Origin: Candidatus Rokuibacteriota bacterium
Lineage (GTDB): Bacteria; Methylomirabilota; Methylomirabilia; Rokubacteriales; CSP1-6
Assembly (NCBI GenBank): GCA_003220435.1
Contig: QHSL01000071.1
Span: forward strand, 4,980 to 68,979
Length of the DNA stretch: 64,000 nucleotides
Direction of reading: 5' to 3'
Positions 54,014 through 63,785 of this stretch are shown in pieces. Below the pieces are notes generated by a model. It saw only the letters and a program-made list of their open reading frames with translations. It was not told the DNA's origin and ran no database searches. Position numbers and translations under genes: made by a program. Positions within the stretch are counted from its first letter, which is position 1. Every line of letters begins with the position of its first letter.

Positions 54014-57000
54014 ATGGCGAAGCTCAACCTCGCGCTCCTCGGCGGCTTCCAGGCCCGGCTCGAGGCCGGTGCCGCCCTCGTTCTGCCCACCCGCAAGTCC
54101 CAGGCGCTGCTCGCCTATCTCGCGCTGCCGTCCGGGCAGTCGCATCCCCGCGACAAGCTGGCGGCGTTGCTCTGGGGCGGCATCCGCGAGGAGTCGGCGC
54201 GGGCGAGCCTCCGGCAGGCGCTGTTCTCCCTGCGCCGCGCGCTCGGCGAGGATGCGTCCGCCGTGCTGCGACAGGAGGGCGACCTGGTGGCGTTGAACCC
54301 GGTCGCGGTCGAGGTGGACGTTGCGAACTTCGAGAGCGCGGTGGCCCTCGAAACGACGGAATCGCTGGTCCGAGCGGTGGATCTGTATTGCGGCGATCTG
54401 CTGGCAGGTCTCGGTGTCGACGAGACGCCATTCGAGGAGTGGCTCATCGGGGAGCGCGAACGGCTGCGCGAGCTGGCGCTCGAGGCGCTAGCGAAGCTAC
54501 TGGCAAGCCAGCGGCGCGCAGGCGCGACGGCCGCTGCAGTCGGGACGGCGCTGCGCCTGCTGACGCTCGACCCCTTGCAGGAAGCCGTGCACCGCACGCT
54601 GATGCGGCTGTACGCCGACCTCGGACGACGTGGTGCCGCGCTCCGCCAGTACCAGCAGTGCGTCACGGTGCTTCAGCGGGAGCTCGGGACGGCGCCAGAG
54701 GCGGAGACGAAGCAGTTGTATCAGGAGATCCTGCAACGGCGTCCCTCCGTTGCCATCGTCGAAACGATGGAGGACGTCCGCATCGACGAGGCAAGCGCGA
54801 GCCCCGGCATGCTGGTCGGCCGCGACGCCGAGCTCGGCACGCTTCGCGCGTTGCTCGACGAGGCTACGGCGGGGTCTGTGCGCATGGTGGCGCTCGTCGG
54901 CGACGCCGGAATAGGGAAGAGCCGCCTGGCGAACGCGCTCACGGCAGCGGCGCGGGCGAGGCGAGCGCGCGCCATCGTCGGGCGCTGCTACGAGAACGAG
55001 CGCATGCTGCCCTTCGCCCCGTGGATCGACGCGTTCCGCTCTGCGCGTCTGACTCCCGACGATGCGGACCTTCGCGTGCTGGAGCCCGTCTGGCGGGCCG
55101 AGCTGGCACGGCTGCTGCCCGAGCTCGCTCCGCCGGACCTCCTACACTCCGACGACCGCACGCGACTCTTCGAAGCGGTCAGCCGGCTCGTCGAAGCACT
55201 CGCCGTGCGACGCCCGCTCGTGATCCTCCTCGAGGACGTGCACTGGGCCGACGACGCCAGCATGGGATTGCTCGGCTACGTACGACGCCACCTGCACGGC
55301 GCGCGCGTGCTGATCGCGGTCACCGCGAGAGCGGAGGAGCTCGCGGAGACCGCGGTGGTGCGGCAGGCTCTGGAGGATCTTCAAGACCAGCAGCGTCTCG
55401 TGAAGCTGGCGCTTGCGCCATTGGATCGGAAAGACACGCTCGCGCTCGTCCACGCAACGGCTCGCACGGGCAGCGACCCGTCGACGTGGGAGCGACTCGG
55501 CGAGGACATCTGGACCGCGAGCGAGGGCAACCCCTTCATGGTCGTCGAAACCATCCGGGCGCTCGAGCAGGGCGCCGGTGGCGCCGTCCCACACCCACTC
55601 CCGCTCCCCGAGAAGGTGCGGCACGTGATCTCGCGGCGCGTGGAACGGCTGGGACACCACGCGCGCGAGCTCACCGTCGTCGCCGCCGTGATCGGTCGCG
55701 CCTTCGATTTTCCCGTCCTCCAGCAGGCCGCCGGTCTCGGAGAAGCGGACGCCGCGGCCGCGGTCGAGGAGCTGGTGCGCCGACGCGTGCTGCACGGCGT
55801 GGGCGAGCGGTTCGACTTCACGCACGACCGGATCCGCGAAGTCGCGTACGACGCGTTGCTGATGCCACGACGGAGGCTCCTTCACCGCCGCGTCGCGGAG
55901 GCGATCGAGGCCTTCGTCGGGGTCGACCGCGATCCTCATGCGCTCGCGCTCGCTCGGCACTATCGGGAGGCCGGCGTCTGGGACAAGGCGGTGGCGTCCT
56001 TCCGCCAGGCCGGCGCGTACGCCATGGCGCGCGCCGGGTACCGGGAAGCGGTGGCCTGCCTGGAGCTGGCGCTCGAGGCCTTGGGCCACGTTGCGGGCGG
56101 ACGCGAGACGACCGAGATCGCGGTCGACGTCCGTCTGGAGCTGCGAACCGCGCTCTACCCGCTGGGGGAATTCGGACGGACGCTCGCGTACCTGCGCGAG
56201 GCCCAACCGCTGGCCGAACAGCTGCACGACGATCGACGGCTGGGGCGGGTCTCGGCGTACCTGTGCGTCGCGTTGCGACGTCTCGGCGACTTCGAAGGCG
56301 CGATCGAGGCCGGAGAACGGACGCTCTCCCGCGCCGCAGCGATCGACGACCTCCCTCTTCAGGTCGCCACGACGCTCTACCTTGCCCAGGCCCTCTGGTT
56401 CTCCGGCGCCGGTCATCGCGCGGTCGAGGTGTTCCGGAGGAACGTCACCGCGCTCACCAGCGACCAGCTCCGCCAGCGATTCGGGACTCCGGGGTACCCG
56501 GGGGTGTTCTCGATGACGGACATGGCGACCGTCCTCGCGGAGCGAGGAGAGCTCGACGAGGCGAAGAGCATTGGTGCGCAGGGGCTCGCGGTGGCCGAAG
56601 AGCTCGCTCATCCATTCACCACGATCGCCGCGTGCCTTGCGATGGCCAGTGTATCGATCGCCGCCGGTGAGTTCGCGGAGGCTATAACTCGACTCGAACG
56701 GGCGCGGTCCTTGTGCGACGGCGGCGACTTTCCCGTCCAGCGCGTCTCCATGCTGGCGCGACTCGGGTATGCGTACGTCCGGAGTGGACGGCTCGTCGAC
56801 GGCCTCGCGCTGCTGGAGGGGGCCGCCGAGCACGTCGATCGCATCGATGGATTCTGGCGGCCGACGCTGCTCGGCTGGCTCAGCGAAGGGTATCTCCTCG
56901 CCGGGCGCGTAGAGGATGCCGCGCAGGTCGCCGACCGAGCGCAGACGCTCACGCCCGGGAACGCCCCGAACGTTCGGGCGTCGATGCTTCGGCTCGGGGC

Positions 57001-57253
57001 GGAGGTCGCGTCGCACGGCGCCCAGGCAGACGTGGAGCGCGCGGCGGGACTGTATCGTGAGGCCGCTGTGCTCGCCGACGCCCTCGACCTTCGTCTGCTG
57101 CGCGCGCACTGCCATCTCGGACTCGGTCGGCTGTATCGCTCGGCCGGCGATCCGGGAGGGCGCGCGGAACTCTCCGCGGCCGTCGACGCCTTTCGGTCGA
57201 TGGGGGTCGCGTACTGGTTGTCGATCGCGCAATCCGAGCTCTTGAGCGCGTGA
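54014..57253 (+). CDS. AfsR/SARP-like regulator 1: wHTH-BTAD-AAA(STAND)-TPR
   Basis: LLGGF...RKSQALLAYLA...RDKLAALLW; BTAD FEEWL..ERERLR...LDPLQE..HR.LMRLY; Walker A GDAGIGKS; Walker B LEDVHWAD; F.HD.IRE; TPRs. Confidence 0.93.
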   Translation: MAKLNLALLGGFQARLEAGAALVLPTRKSQALLAYLALPSGQSHPRDKLAALLWGGIREESARASLRQALFSLRRALGEDASAVLRQEGDLVALNPVAVEVDVANFESAVALETTESLVRAVDLYCGDLLAGLGVDETPFEEWLIGERERLRELALEALAKLLASQRRAGATAAAVGTALRLLTLDPLQEAVHRTLMRLYADLGRRGAALRQYQQCVTVLQRELGTAPEAETKQLYQEILQRRPSVAIVETMEDVRIDEASASPGMLVGRDAELGTLRALLDEATAGSVRMVALVGDAGIGKSRLANALTAAARARRARAIVGRCYENERMLPFAPWIDAFRSARLTPDDADLRVLEPVWRAELARLLPELAPPDLLHSDDRTRLFEAVSRLVEALAVRRPLVILLEDVHWADDASMGLLGYVRRHLHGARVLIAVTARAEELAETAVVRQALEDLQDQQRLVKLALAPLDRKDTLALVHATARTGSDPSTWERLGEDIWTASEGNPFMVVETIRALEQGAGGAVPHPLPLPEKVRHVISRRVERLGHHARELTVVAAVIGRAFDFPVLQQAAGLGEADAAAAVEELVRRRVLHGVGERFDFTHDRIREVAYDALLMPRRRLLHRRVAEAIEAFVGVDRDPHALALARHYREAGVWDKAVASFRQAGAYAMARAGYREAVACLELALEALGHVAGGRETTEIAVDVRLELRTALYPLGEFGRTLAYLREAQPLAEQLHDDRRLGRVSAYLCVALRRLGDFEGAIEAGERTLSRAAAIDDLPLQVATTLYLAQALWFSGAGHRAVEVFRRNVTALTSDQLRQRFGTPGYPGVFSMTDMATVLAERGELDEAKSIGAQGLAVAEELAHPFTTIAACLAMASVSIAAGEFAEAITRLERARSLCDGGDFPVQRVSMLARLGYAYVRSGRLVDGLALLEGAAEHVDRIDGFWRPTLLGWLSEGYLLAGRVEDAAQVADRAQTLTPGNAPNVRASMLRLGAEVASHGAQADVERAAGLYREAAVLADALDLRLLRAHCHLGLGRLYRSAGDPGGRAELSAAVDAFRSMGVAYWLSIAQSELLSA

Positions 57254-57257
57254 CGGG

Positions 57258-60200
57258 ATGCTGCGTCTTCATCTGACGCTTCTCGGCGGCTTTCAGGCCC
57301 GACGTGGGTCCGGGGACGCCGTTGCCCTGCCCACGCGCAAGGCGCAGGCGCTCCTGGCCTACCTCGCGCTGCCACTCGGCCGAGCCCATCCCCGGGACAA
57401 GCTTGCATCGGTCCTCTGGGGCGGCATCCGCGAGGAATCCGCGCGGGCGAGTCTGCGGCAGGCGTTGTTCTCTCTCCGCCGAGCGCTGGGCGGAGAGGCA
57501 TCCGCCGTGCTGCGACAGGAAGGCGACCTGGTGGCGTTGAGCCCGGCGGCGGTTGAAGTCGACGTCGCCGACTTCGAGCGCGCGGTGGCTACGGGGAGCG
57601 CCGAATCATTGGCGCGGGCGGCGGAGCTGTACCGCGGCGATCTGCTGGCCGGCCTCGGTGTCGACGAGACGCCGTTCGAAGAGTGGCTGCTGGGCGAGCG
57701 CGAGCGGCTGCGCGAGCTGGCGCTGGAAGGGCTGGCGAAGTTGCTGGCCCAGCAGCGCAAGGACGGAATGCTGGAGCCGGCGGTTCAGACAGCGCTGCGG
57801 CTGCTGATGCTAGACCCGCTGCAGGAGCCGGTGCACCGGACGCTGATGCGGCTCTATGCGCAGCTGGAGCGGCGCGGGGCGGCGCTCCGGCAATACCAGC
57901 AGTGCGTGAGCGTGATGCAGCGCGAGCTCGGCGTGGAGCCCCAGGCCGAGACGAAGGCGTTGTACCAGGAGATCCTCCGCGAGCGGCCTCGGCGGGCACG
58001 GCCGGACTCCGCGACGGAGCGCGGGGAGCTGTCGCAAGTGGTCGAGCACGGCGCGCTTGGCGCTACCGCCGAGACCGAGTTGATCGGGCGGACGGCGGAC
58101 GTGGAACAGCTTTGTCGGACCCTCGACGCTGCGATCGCCGGCGCCGGGCGTGTCGTGGCGGTGCTGGGTGAGGGCGGCATCGGCAAGAGTCGTCTGGTCT
58201 CCGAGCTCGGAGGCGTCGCCGCCGGCCGGGGCATGACGGTCCTGCTCGGGCGTTCGTACGAGTCGGAGCAGATCCTGCCGTTCGGGCCATGGGTCGACGC
58301 GATGCGCGCGGGCCGCATCGCGGCCGACGCGGAGCTGCTCGCGCGCCTGGGCCCAACGCTGCGACCGGAGCTGGCGAGGCTGTTGCCCGAGATCGGCGAC
58401 GCTCCGGCCGCGGGTAGCGGGGCGACCGATGCCCGCCTCGTCTTCGAGAGCGTCGCCCAGCTGATCACTCAGCTCGCTGAGCGTCGCCCGGTGCTGGTGG
58501 TGCTCGAGGACCTCCACTGGGCCGACGAGACCAGTGCGCGGCTGCTCGCCTTCGCCGGTCGCCGGCTCGCCGGCAGCCGGGTGGTTCTGATCGCCACCGC
58601 GCGCGAGGAAGAGATGGTCGACGCGCCCGCGCTGCGGCGGGCGATCGACGATCTCCAGCGTGAGGACCGCGTGACGACCCTGGCGTTGCGGCCCCTGTCA
58701 CGCCCGGACACGCTGGCGCTCGTCCGCGCCTTCGCGCGGCTCGGCGACGAGGCGGAGCTCGAACGGGTCGGCGAGCGCGCCTGGGCCGCGAGCGAGGGGA
58801 ACCCCTTCGTCGCGGTCGAGACGGTGCGCGCTCATGCCGACAACGCCTGGGTCGCTCACGAGGGAGGGCTCGCGCTCTCCGAGCGTGTCCGCGAGATCGT
58901 GGGCCGGCGTCTCGAGCGCCTGTCCGAGCGCGGACAGTCGCTTGCCGCCGTGGCGGCGGTGATCGGGCGAGAGTTCGAGTTCACGCTGCTCCAGCGGGCG
59001 GCGGGGCTCGAGGGCGAAGAGGCCGCCGCCGGTGTCGAGGAGCTCGTGCGACGCGGCGTCCTCCAGGGTGTGGGCGAGCGCTTCGACTTCATCCACGACC
59101 GGATTCGCGAGGTTGTCTCGGGTCGCCTCCTGTCGCCGCGCCGGAAGCTGCTCCATCTGCGGGTCGCGGAGGCGCTCGAGGCCGCGCGGTCACACGATCC
59201 AGACGTCGAGATGCTGTCCATCGGCCTTCACTACCGCGACGCCGAGGTCTGGGACAAGGCAGTTACATGTCTCCGGCAAGCGTCGCTCCTCGCGGCCCAG
59301 CGGGCTGCGTACCGCGAAGCCGCGAGCGGCTTCGATCATGCGCTGGCGGCGCTTCGCCGCCTCCCCCAGAGCCGGGAGGGAATGGAGCTGGCATACGAGA
59401 TCAACAGCGAGCTGCGCGGCGCCGCGGTGCCGCCCGGCGATCTGCGAAAGCAGGTCGAAGCGCTGCGAGAGATGGAGACGATCGCGCAGGCGCTGGACGA
59501 CCGTGACCGTCTAAGAGCGGCCTTGAGCGCCAGCATCTACACCCTGGGGGCGCTCGGCGACCACCCGGGCGCCGTGCGCGCCGGCGAGCGTGCGCGGGCC
59601 CTTCGAGCGGAGGCCGGAGATCTCCTCGGTCAGGCCGGATCGGATTCCATGATGAGTCGCGCCTACTACGCCATGGGGCAGTACTCCCGTACGATCGAGG
59701 CGGCGACACGCGCGTACACGGTGCTCACGGGCAAACTGATGTATGAGCGATCCACCCGCCTGGGCCTTCTCCAGTCGATCGCCGCCCGCGTCTGGGCGGC
59801 GATGGCGCTCGCCGAGCGAGGCGATTTCGTCGACGCGAACGCTCGGGTGGATGAAGCGATTCACATCGCCGAGGTCGATCAGGGTACGCACGAGCGCGTC
59901 TGGTCACGCTTCGGCGGCGGTCGCGTGGCCTTCGTCCAGGGCGACCTCGAGCGGGCCGTCGCGCTTCTCGAGCCGATCCTGATTCTGGCCCGCGGGGACC
60001 TTGGCGTCTACGTTTCGCGAATCGCCTCGACGCTCGGCTCAGCCTACCTGTTCCTGGGGCGCACGGCCGAGGCGCTCACCTTACTGGAGCAGGCCGCCGA
60101 TCACGGTCGCGCGATCGGCTTCCTGCACGGTCACTCGCTCGTGCTGGCGCTGCTGGCCGAGGGGTACCTGCGCGCCGGGCGACTCGACGACGCGAGCCGG

Positions 60201-60497
60201 ACCGCCGCAGAGGCGCTCGAGCTCGCCCGAAAGCAAGGTGAGCGCGGCTGGGAGGCGTGGACGCTTCGGCTTCTCGGCGAGCTGGACTGCGAGCGCTCGG
60301 CGGCAGACGCTGCGACTCGCTACGGCGAGGCGCTCGCCCTCGCGGTCGAGCTCGGCATGCGGCCGCTACAGGCGCACTGTCGACGGGGCCTCGCCGGGGT
60401 AATCCAGGCTCGCTCCGAGCTGTCCGCCGCCATCGCCCTCTATCGCGAAATGGGAATGACGTTCTGGCTTCGACGCGCCGAGGTCGATCCCGCGTGA
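57258..60497 (+). CDS. AfsR/SARP-like regulator 2: wHTH-BTAD-AAA(STAND)-TPR
   Basis: Same architecture; Walker A GEGGIGKS, LEDLHWAD. Confidence 0.93.
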   Translation: MLRLHLTLLGGFQARRGSGDAVALPTRKAQALLAYLALPLGRAHPRDKLASVLWGGIREESARASLRQALFSLRRALGGEASAVLRQEGDLVALSPAAVEVDVADFERAVATGSAESLARAAELYRGDLLAGLGVDETPFEEWLLGERERLRELALEGLAKLLAQQRKDGMLEPAVQTALRLLMLDPLQEPVHRTLMRLYAQLERRGAALRQYQQCVSVMQRELGVEPQAETKALYQEILRERPRRARPDSATERGELSQVVEHGALGATAETELIGRTADVEQLCRTLDAAIAGAGRVVAVLGEGGIGKSRLVSELGGVAAGRGMTVLLGRSYESEQILPFGPWVDAMRAGRIAADAELLARLGPTLRPELARLLPEIGDAPAAGSGATDARLVFESVAQLITQLAERRPVLVVLEDLHWADETSARLLAFAGRRLAGSRVVLIATAREEEMVDAPALRRAIDDLQREDRVTTLALRPLSRPDTLALVRAFARLGDEAELERVGERAWAASEGNPFVAVETVRAHADNAWVAHEGGLALSERVREIVGRRLERLSERGQSLAAVAAVIGREFEFTLLQRAAGLEGEEAAAGVEELVRRGVLQGVGERFDFIHDRIREVVSGRLLSPRRKLLHLRVAEALEAARSHDPDVEMLSIGLHYRDAEVWDKAVTCLRQASLLAAQRAAYREAASGFDHALAALRRLPQSREGMELAYEINSELRGAAVPPGDLRKQVEALREMETIAQALDDRDRLRAALSASIYTLGALGDHPGAVRAGERARALRAEAGDLLGQAGSDSMMSRAYYAMGQYSRTIEAATRAYTVLTGKLMYERSTRLGLLQSIAARVWAAMALAERGDFVDANARVDEAIHIAEVDQGTHERVWSRFGGGRVAFVQGDLERAVALLEPILILARGDLGVYVSRIASTLGSAYLFLGRTAEALTLLEQAADHGRAIGFLHGHSLVLALLAEGYLRAGRLDDASRTAAEALELARKQGERGWEAWTLRLLGELDCERSAADAATRYGEALALAVELGMRPLQAHCRRGLAGVIQARSELSAAIALYREMGMTFWLRRAEVDPA

Positions 60498-63400
60498 GCC
60501 GACTCCACCTGACGCTTCTCGGCGGCTTCCAGGCGCGGCTCTCGGCGGAGAACTCCCTCGTCCTGCCGACGCGCAAGGCGCAGGCACTCCTGGCCTATCT
60601 CGCGCTGCCACTCGGCCAGGCTCACCCGCGCGACAAGCTCGCGTCCGTCCTCTGGGGCGGCATCCGCGAGGAATCGGCGCGCGCGAGTCTCCGCCAGGCG
60701 CTGTTCTCTCTCCGGCGTGCGCTCGGCGAGGAAGTCTCCGCCGTGCTGCGCCAGGACGGCGATCTGGTTGCGTTGAACCCGGCGGCGGTCGATGTGGATG
60801 TCGCCGATTTCGAGCGCGCGGTGGCCGCGGGGACGACAGAATCGCTGGCCCGGGCGGCGGAGACGTACCGCGGCGATCTCCTGGCGGGGCTCACCGTCGA
60901 CGAGCCGCCCTTCGAGGAGTGGCTGCTCGGCGAGCGCGAGCGGCTGCGCGAGCTTGCGCTGGAGGGGCTGGCGAAGCTGTTGGGCCAGCAGCGCGGCGCC
61001 GGCCTTCTGGAGACTGCGGTACAGACGGCGCTGAAGCTGCTTGGGCTGGACCCGCTGCAGGAGCCCGTGCACCGCGTGCTGATGCGTCTCTACGCCGACC
61101 TCGGGCGTCGGGCCGCGGCGCTGAGGCAGTACCAGCAGTGTGTGAGCGTGCTCGCGCGCGAGCTCGGCGCCGAGCCCGAACCCCGGACCAAGGCGCTCTA
61201 TCAGGATATTCTGCGTCAGCGGACGACGCGTTCGGCCGCGGCCGAAGCCGTCGCGCCCGCCCGCGCGGCTGGCGCGAGCGAGCACCGTGCGCCGGGGGCG
61301 AGTCACGACACCACGCTGCTCGGGCGAGCCGACGACCTGGACGCGCTACGCCGGGCGCTCCCGCTCGCACTCGGCGCCGACGGTCGGGTGGTGGCCGTGC
61401 TCGGCGAGGCCGGGATCGGCAAGAGCCGGCTGGTCGGCGAGCTCGCCACCGAGGCGGTGCGCCGGGGCGCGATGGTGTTGGTCGGGCGCTCGTACGAATC
61501 CGAGCAGATCCTGCCGTTCGGTCCCTGGGTGGACGCGCTGCGCGCGGGAAGGATCGGGGAGGACGTCGAGCTGCTCGAGCGACTCGGCGCCACGTTGCGC
61601 GCCGAGCTCGCGCGGCTCCTTCCCGAGGCGGGCCAGCCGCCCACAGCCGGTGCAGGCGACGTCCGACCGGTGTTCGAAAGCGTCGCGCAGGTCGTCGGCC
61701 TGCTCGCCGGCCGTCAGTCGCTGTTGATCATCCTCGAGGATGTCCATTGGGCCGACGAGATGAGTGCCCGCCTGTTGGCCTTCGTCGGTCGGCGGCTGGC
61801 CGGGCGACCGGTCTTGCTGTTGGCGACCGCGCGAGAGGAGGAGCTCGCCGATCTCCCCGCGCTTCGCCAGGCGCTGGACGACCTGCGACGGGGTGGACTC
61901 ATCGACACGCTGACGCTGGGGCCACTCTCACACCCCGACACGCTGGCGCTCGTCCGGGCGATCACGCGGAGCGGTGATGAGGCCGCAATCGAGCGGCTCG
62001 GCGAGCAGGCGTGGGCGGCGAGCGAGGGCAACCCGTTCGTTGCGGTGGAGACCGCGCGGGCATATGCGGAGGGCGCGGCGATCGGCGGCGCGCGCGGTGG
62101 GGCGCTTACCGAACGGGTGCGCGACCTCATCGGCCGGCGGCTCGAGCGCCTGTCCGAACGCGGGCACACGCTCGCCGGCGTGGCCGCCGTGATCGGGCGC
62201 GAGTTCGAGTTCACGCTGCTGCATCGGGTTTCCGGGCTCACCGAGGACGATACGGCGGCCGGTGTCGAGGAGATGGTGCGCCGGCGCATCCTCCATGGTC
62301 TGGGCGAGCGCTTCGACTTCACCCACGACCGGATTCGCGACGTCGCCTACGCACGCATCCTGGCGCCCCGCCGCAAGCTGCTCCATCGGCGGATCGCCGA
62401 GACGCTGGAGGCTGCCCGGAAGGATAACCCAAACATCGAGGCGCTGCCGATCGGCCTCCACTACCGTGACGCCGACGTCTGGGACAAGGCCGTCGAACAT
62501 CTGCGGGAGGCCGCGAAGCGAGCGGCGGAGCGAGGGGCGTTTCGCGACTCGGCGAGCTGCTCCGAGCAGGCGCTTGCCGCGCTGCGCCAGCTCCCCGAGA
62601 GCCGAGAGCGGATGGTGCGGATGCACGACGTGATGGGAGGGCTGCGCACGGCGCTGATCCCGCTCGGCGACCTCAAGCGACAGGTGCAGACCCTCGAGGA
62701 GATGATCGCGATCGCTGAGGGGCTCGGCGATCGGGGTCGGCTCGCCAAGATTCTCGGGTCGGCCGGCTACACCCTGGGGGCCCTTGGTGAGCACCAGCGT
62801 GCCATCGAAATTGCCAAGCGCGGCCGGGCGCTCGCCGAGGAGTCCGGCGATCTCCTCACGATCGCGGGGGCCGACGCGATGATGGGCCGCGCCAACTATG
62901 CGCTCGGGAACTATGCAACCACGATCGAGACGGCCAGTCGGGCTTTCGCCGCGGTGGAGGTGGAGTCGGGCTACGATCGCTTCGGTCCCCAGTCGAAGTT
63001 CCAGGCCGTCGGAGCACGCGTGTGGGTGGCGATGTCGCTCGCCGAGCAGGGCCACTTTGCCGCCGCGAACACCCGGAGCGTGGAGGCTGTCGCCATCGCC
63101 GACAGGGCCGAGGCTCCGCATGAGCGCGTCTGGTCGCGCTTCGGCGCCGGTCGAGTCGCGTTCGTCCAGGGGGAGCTCGAGCGGGCGGCCGCGTTCCTGG
63201 AGGCGATCCTGCCCCAGGCGCGCAGCGAGCTGAGTATCTACATCTCACGGATCGCTTCGACGCTCGGCTCGGTGCGCCTGCTCGCGGGACGGACCGCCGA
63301 GGCGCTGCCCCTGCTGGAGCAGGCGGCCGAGCACGGTCAAGCGATCGGCTTCATGCACGGCCACTCGCTCGTGCTGGCGCTGCTGGCCGAGGGCTACCTC

Positions 63401-63742
63401 CGCGCCGGGCGACTAGACGACGCAAGCCGGACCGCCGGCGAGGCGCTCGCGCTGGCACGCAAGCTGGGTGAGCGCGGCTGGGAGGCGTGGACGCTTCGGG
63501 TGCTCGGCGAGCTGGACGCGGAGCGCTCGTCGGCAGACGCCGCGGCTCGCTATGGCGAGGCGCTCGCCCTCGCGGTCGAGCTCGGCATGCGGCCGCTGGA
63601 GGCGCACTGTCGGCGGGGCCTCGCCAGAATTGCCCATGCTCGCTCCGAGCTGTCCGCCGCCGTCGACCTCTACCGCGAAATGGGAATGACGTTCTGGCTT
63701 CGACGCGCCGAGGGCGATCTCGCGGACACTCGCCTCCCGTGA
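60494..63742 (+). CDS. AfsR/SARP-like regulator 3: wHTH-BTAD-AAA(STAND)-TPR
   Basis: Start GTG 60494 (GTGA overlap; VSRLHLTLLGGF matches the paralogs); Walker A GEAGIGKS, LEDVHWAD. Confidence 0.93.
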   Translation: MSRLHLTLLGGFQARLSAENSLVLPTRKAQALLAYLALPLGQAHPRDKLASVLWGGIREESARASLRQALFSLRRALGEEVSAVLRQDGDLVALNPAAVDVDVADFERAVAAGTTESLARAAETYRGDLLAGLTVDEPPFEEWLLGERERLRELALEGLAKLLGQQRGAGLLETAVQTALKLLGLDPLQEPVHRVLMRLYADLGRRAAALRQYQQCVSVLARELGAEPEPRTKALYQDILRQRTTRSAAAEAVAPARAAGASEHRAPGASHDTTLLGRADDLDALRRALPLALGADGRVVAVLGEAGIGKSRLVGELATEAVRRGAMVLVGRSYESEQILPFGPWVDALRAGRIGEDVELLERLGATLRAELARLLPEAGQPPTAGAGDVRPVFESVAQVVGLLAGRQSLLIILEDVHWADEMSARLLAFVGRRLAGRPVLLLATAREEELADLPALRQALDDLRRGGLIDTLTLGPLSHPDTLALVRAITRSGDEAAIERLGEQAWAASEGNPFVAVETARAYAEGAAIGGARGGALTERVRDLIGRRLERLSERGHTLAGVAAVIGREFEFTLLHRVSGLTEDDTAAGVEEMVRRRILHGLGERFDFTHDRIRDVAYARILAPRRKLLHRRIAETLEAARKDNPNIEALPIGLHYRDADVWDKAVEHLREAAKRAAERGAFRDSASCSEQALAALRQLPESRERMVRMHDVMGGLRTALIPLGDLKRQVQTLEEMIAIAEGLGDRGRLAKILGSAGYTLGALGEHQRAIEIAKRGRALAEESGDLLTIAGADAMMGRANYALGNYATTIETASRAFAAVEVESGYDRFGPQSKFQAVGARVWVAMSLAEQGHFAAANTRSVEAVAIADRAEAPHERVWSRFGAGRVAFVQGELERAAAFLEAILPQARSELSIYISRIASTLGSVRLLAGRTAEALPLLEQAAEHGQAIGFMHGHSLVLALLAEGYLRAGRLDDASRTAGEALALARKLGERGWEAWTLRVLGELDAERSSADAAARYGEALALAVELGMRPLEAHCRRGLARIAHARSELSAAVDLYREMGMTFWLRRAEGDLADTRLP

Positions 63743-63785
63743 TCTCGCCACAACGCCAGACGACCGGGACCTGCGCCGCGGGCGG

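Noticed and set aside
54014-63742. Diversity-generating retroelement or Avs-type antiphage STAND system
   Set aside because: There is no reverse transcriptase or adenine-specific TR/VR pair. The N-terminal domains are wHTH-BTAD transcription modules, not nuclease/TIR/SIR2 effectors.
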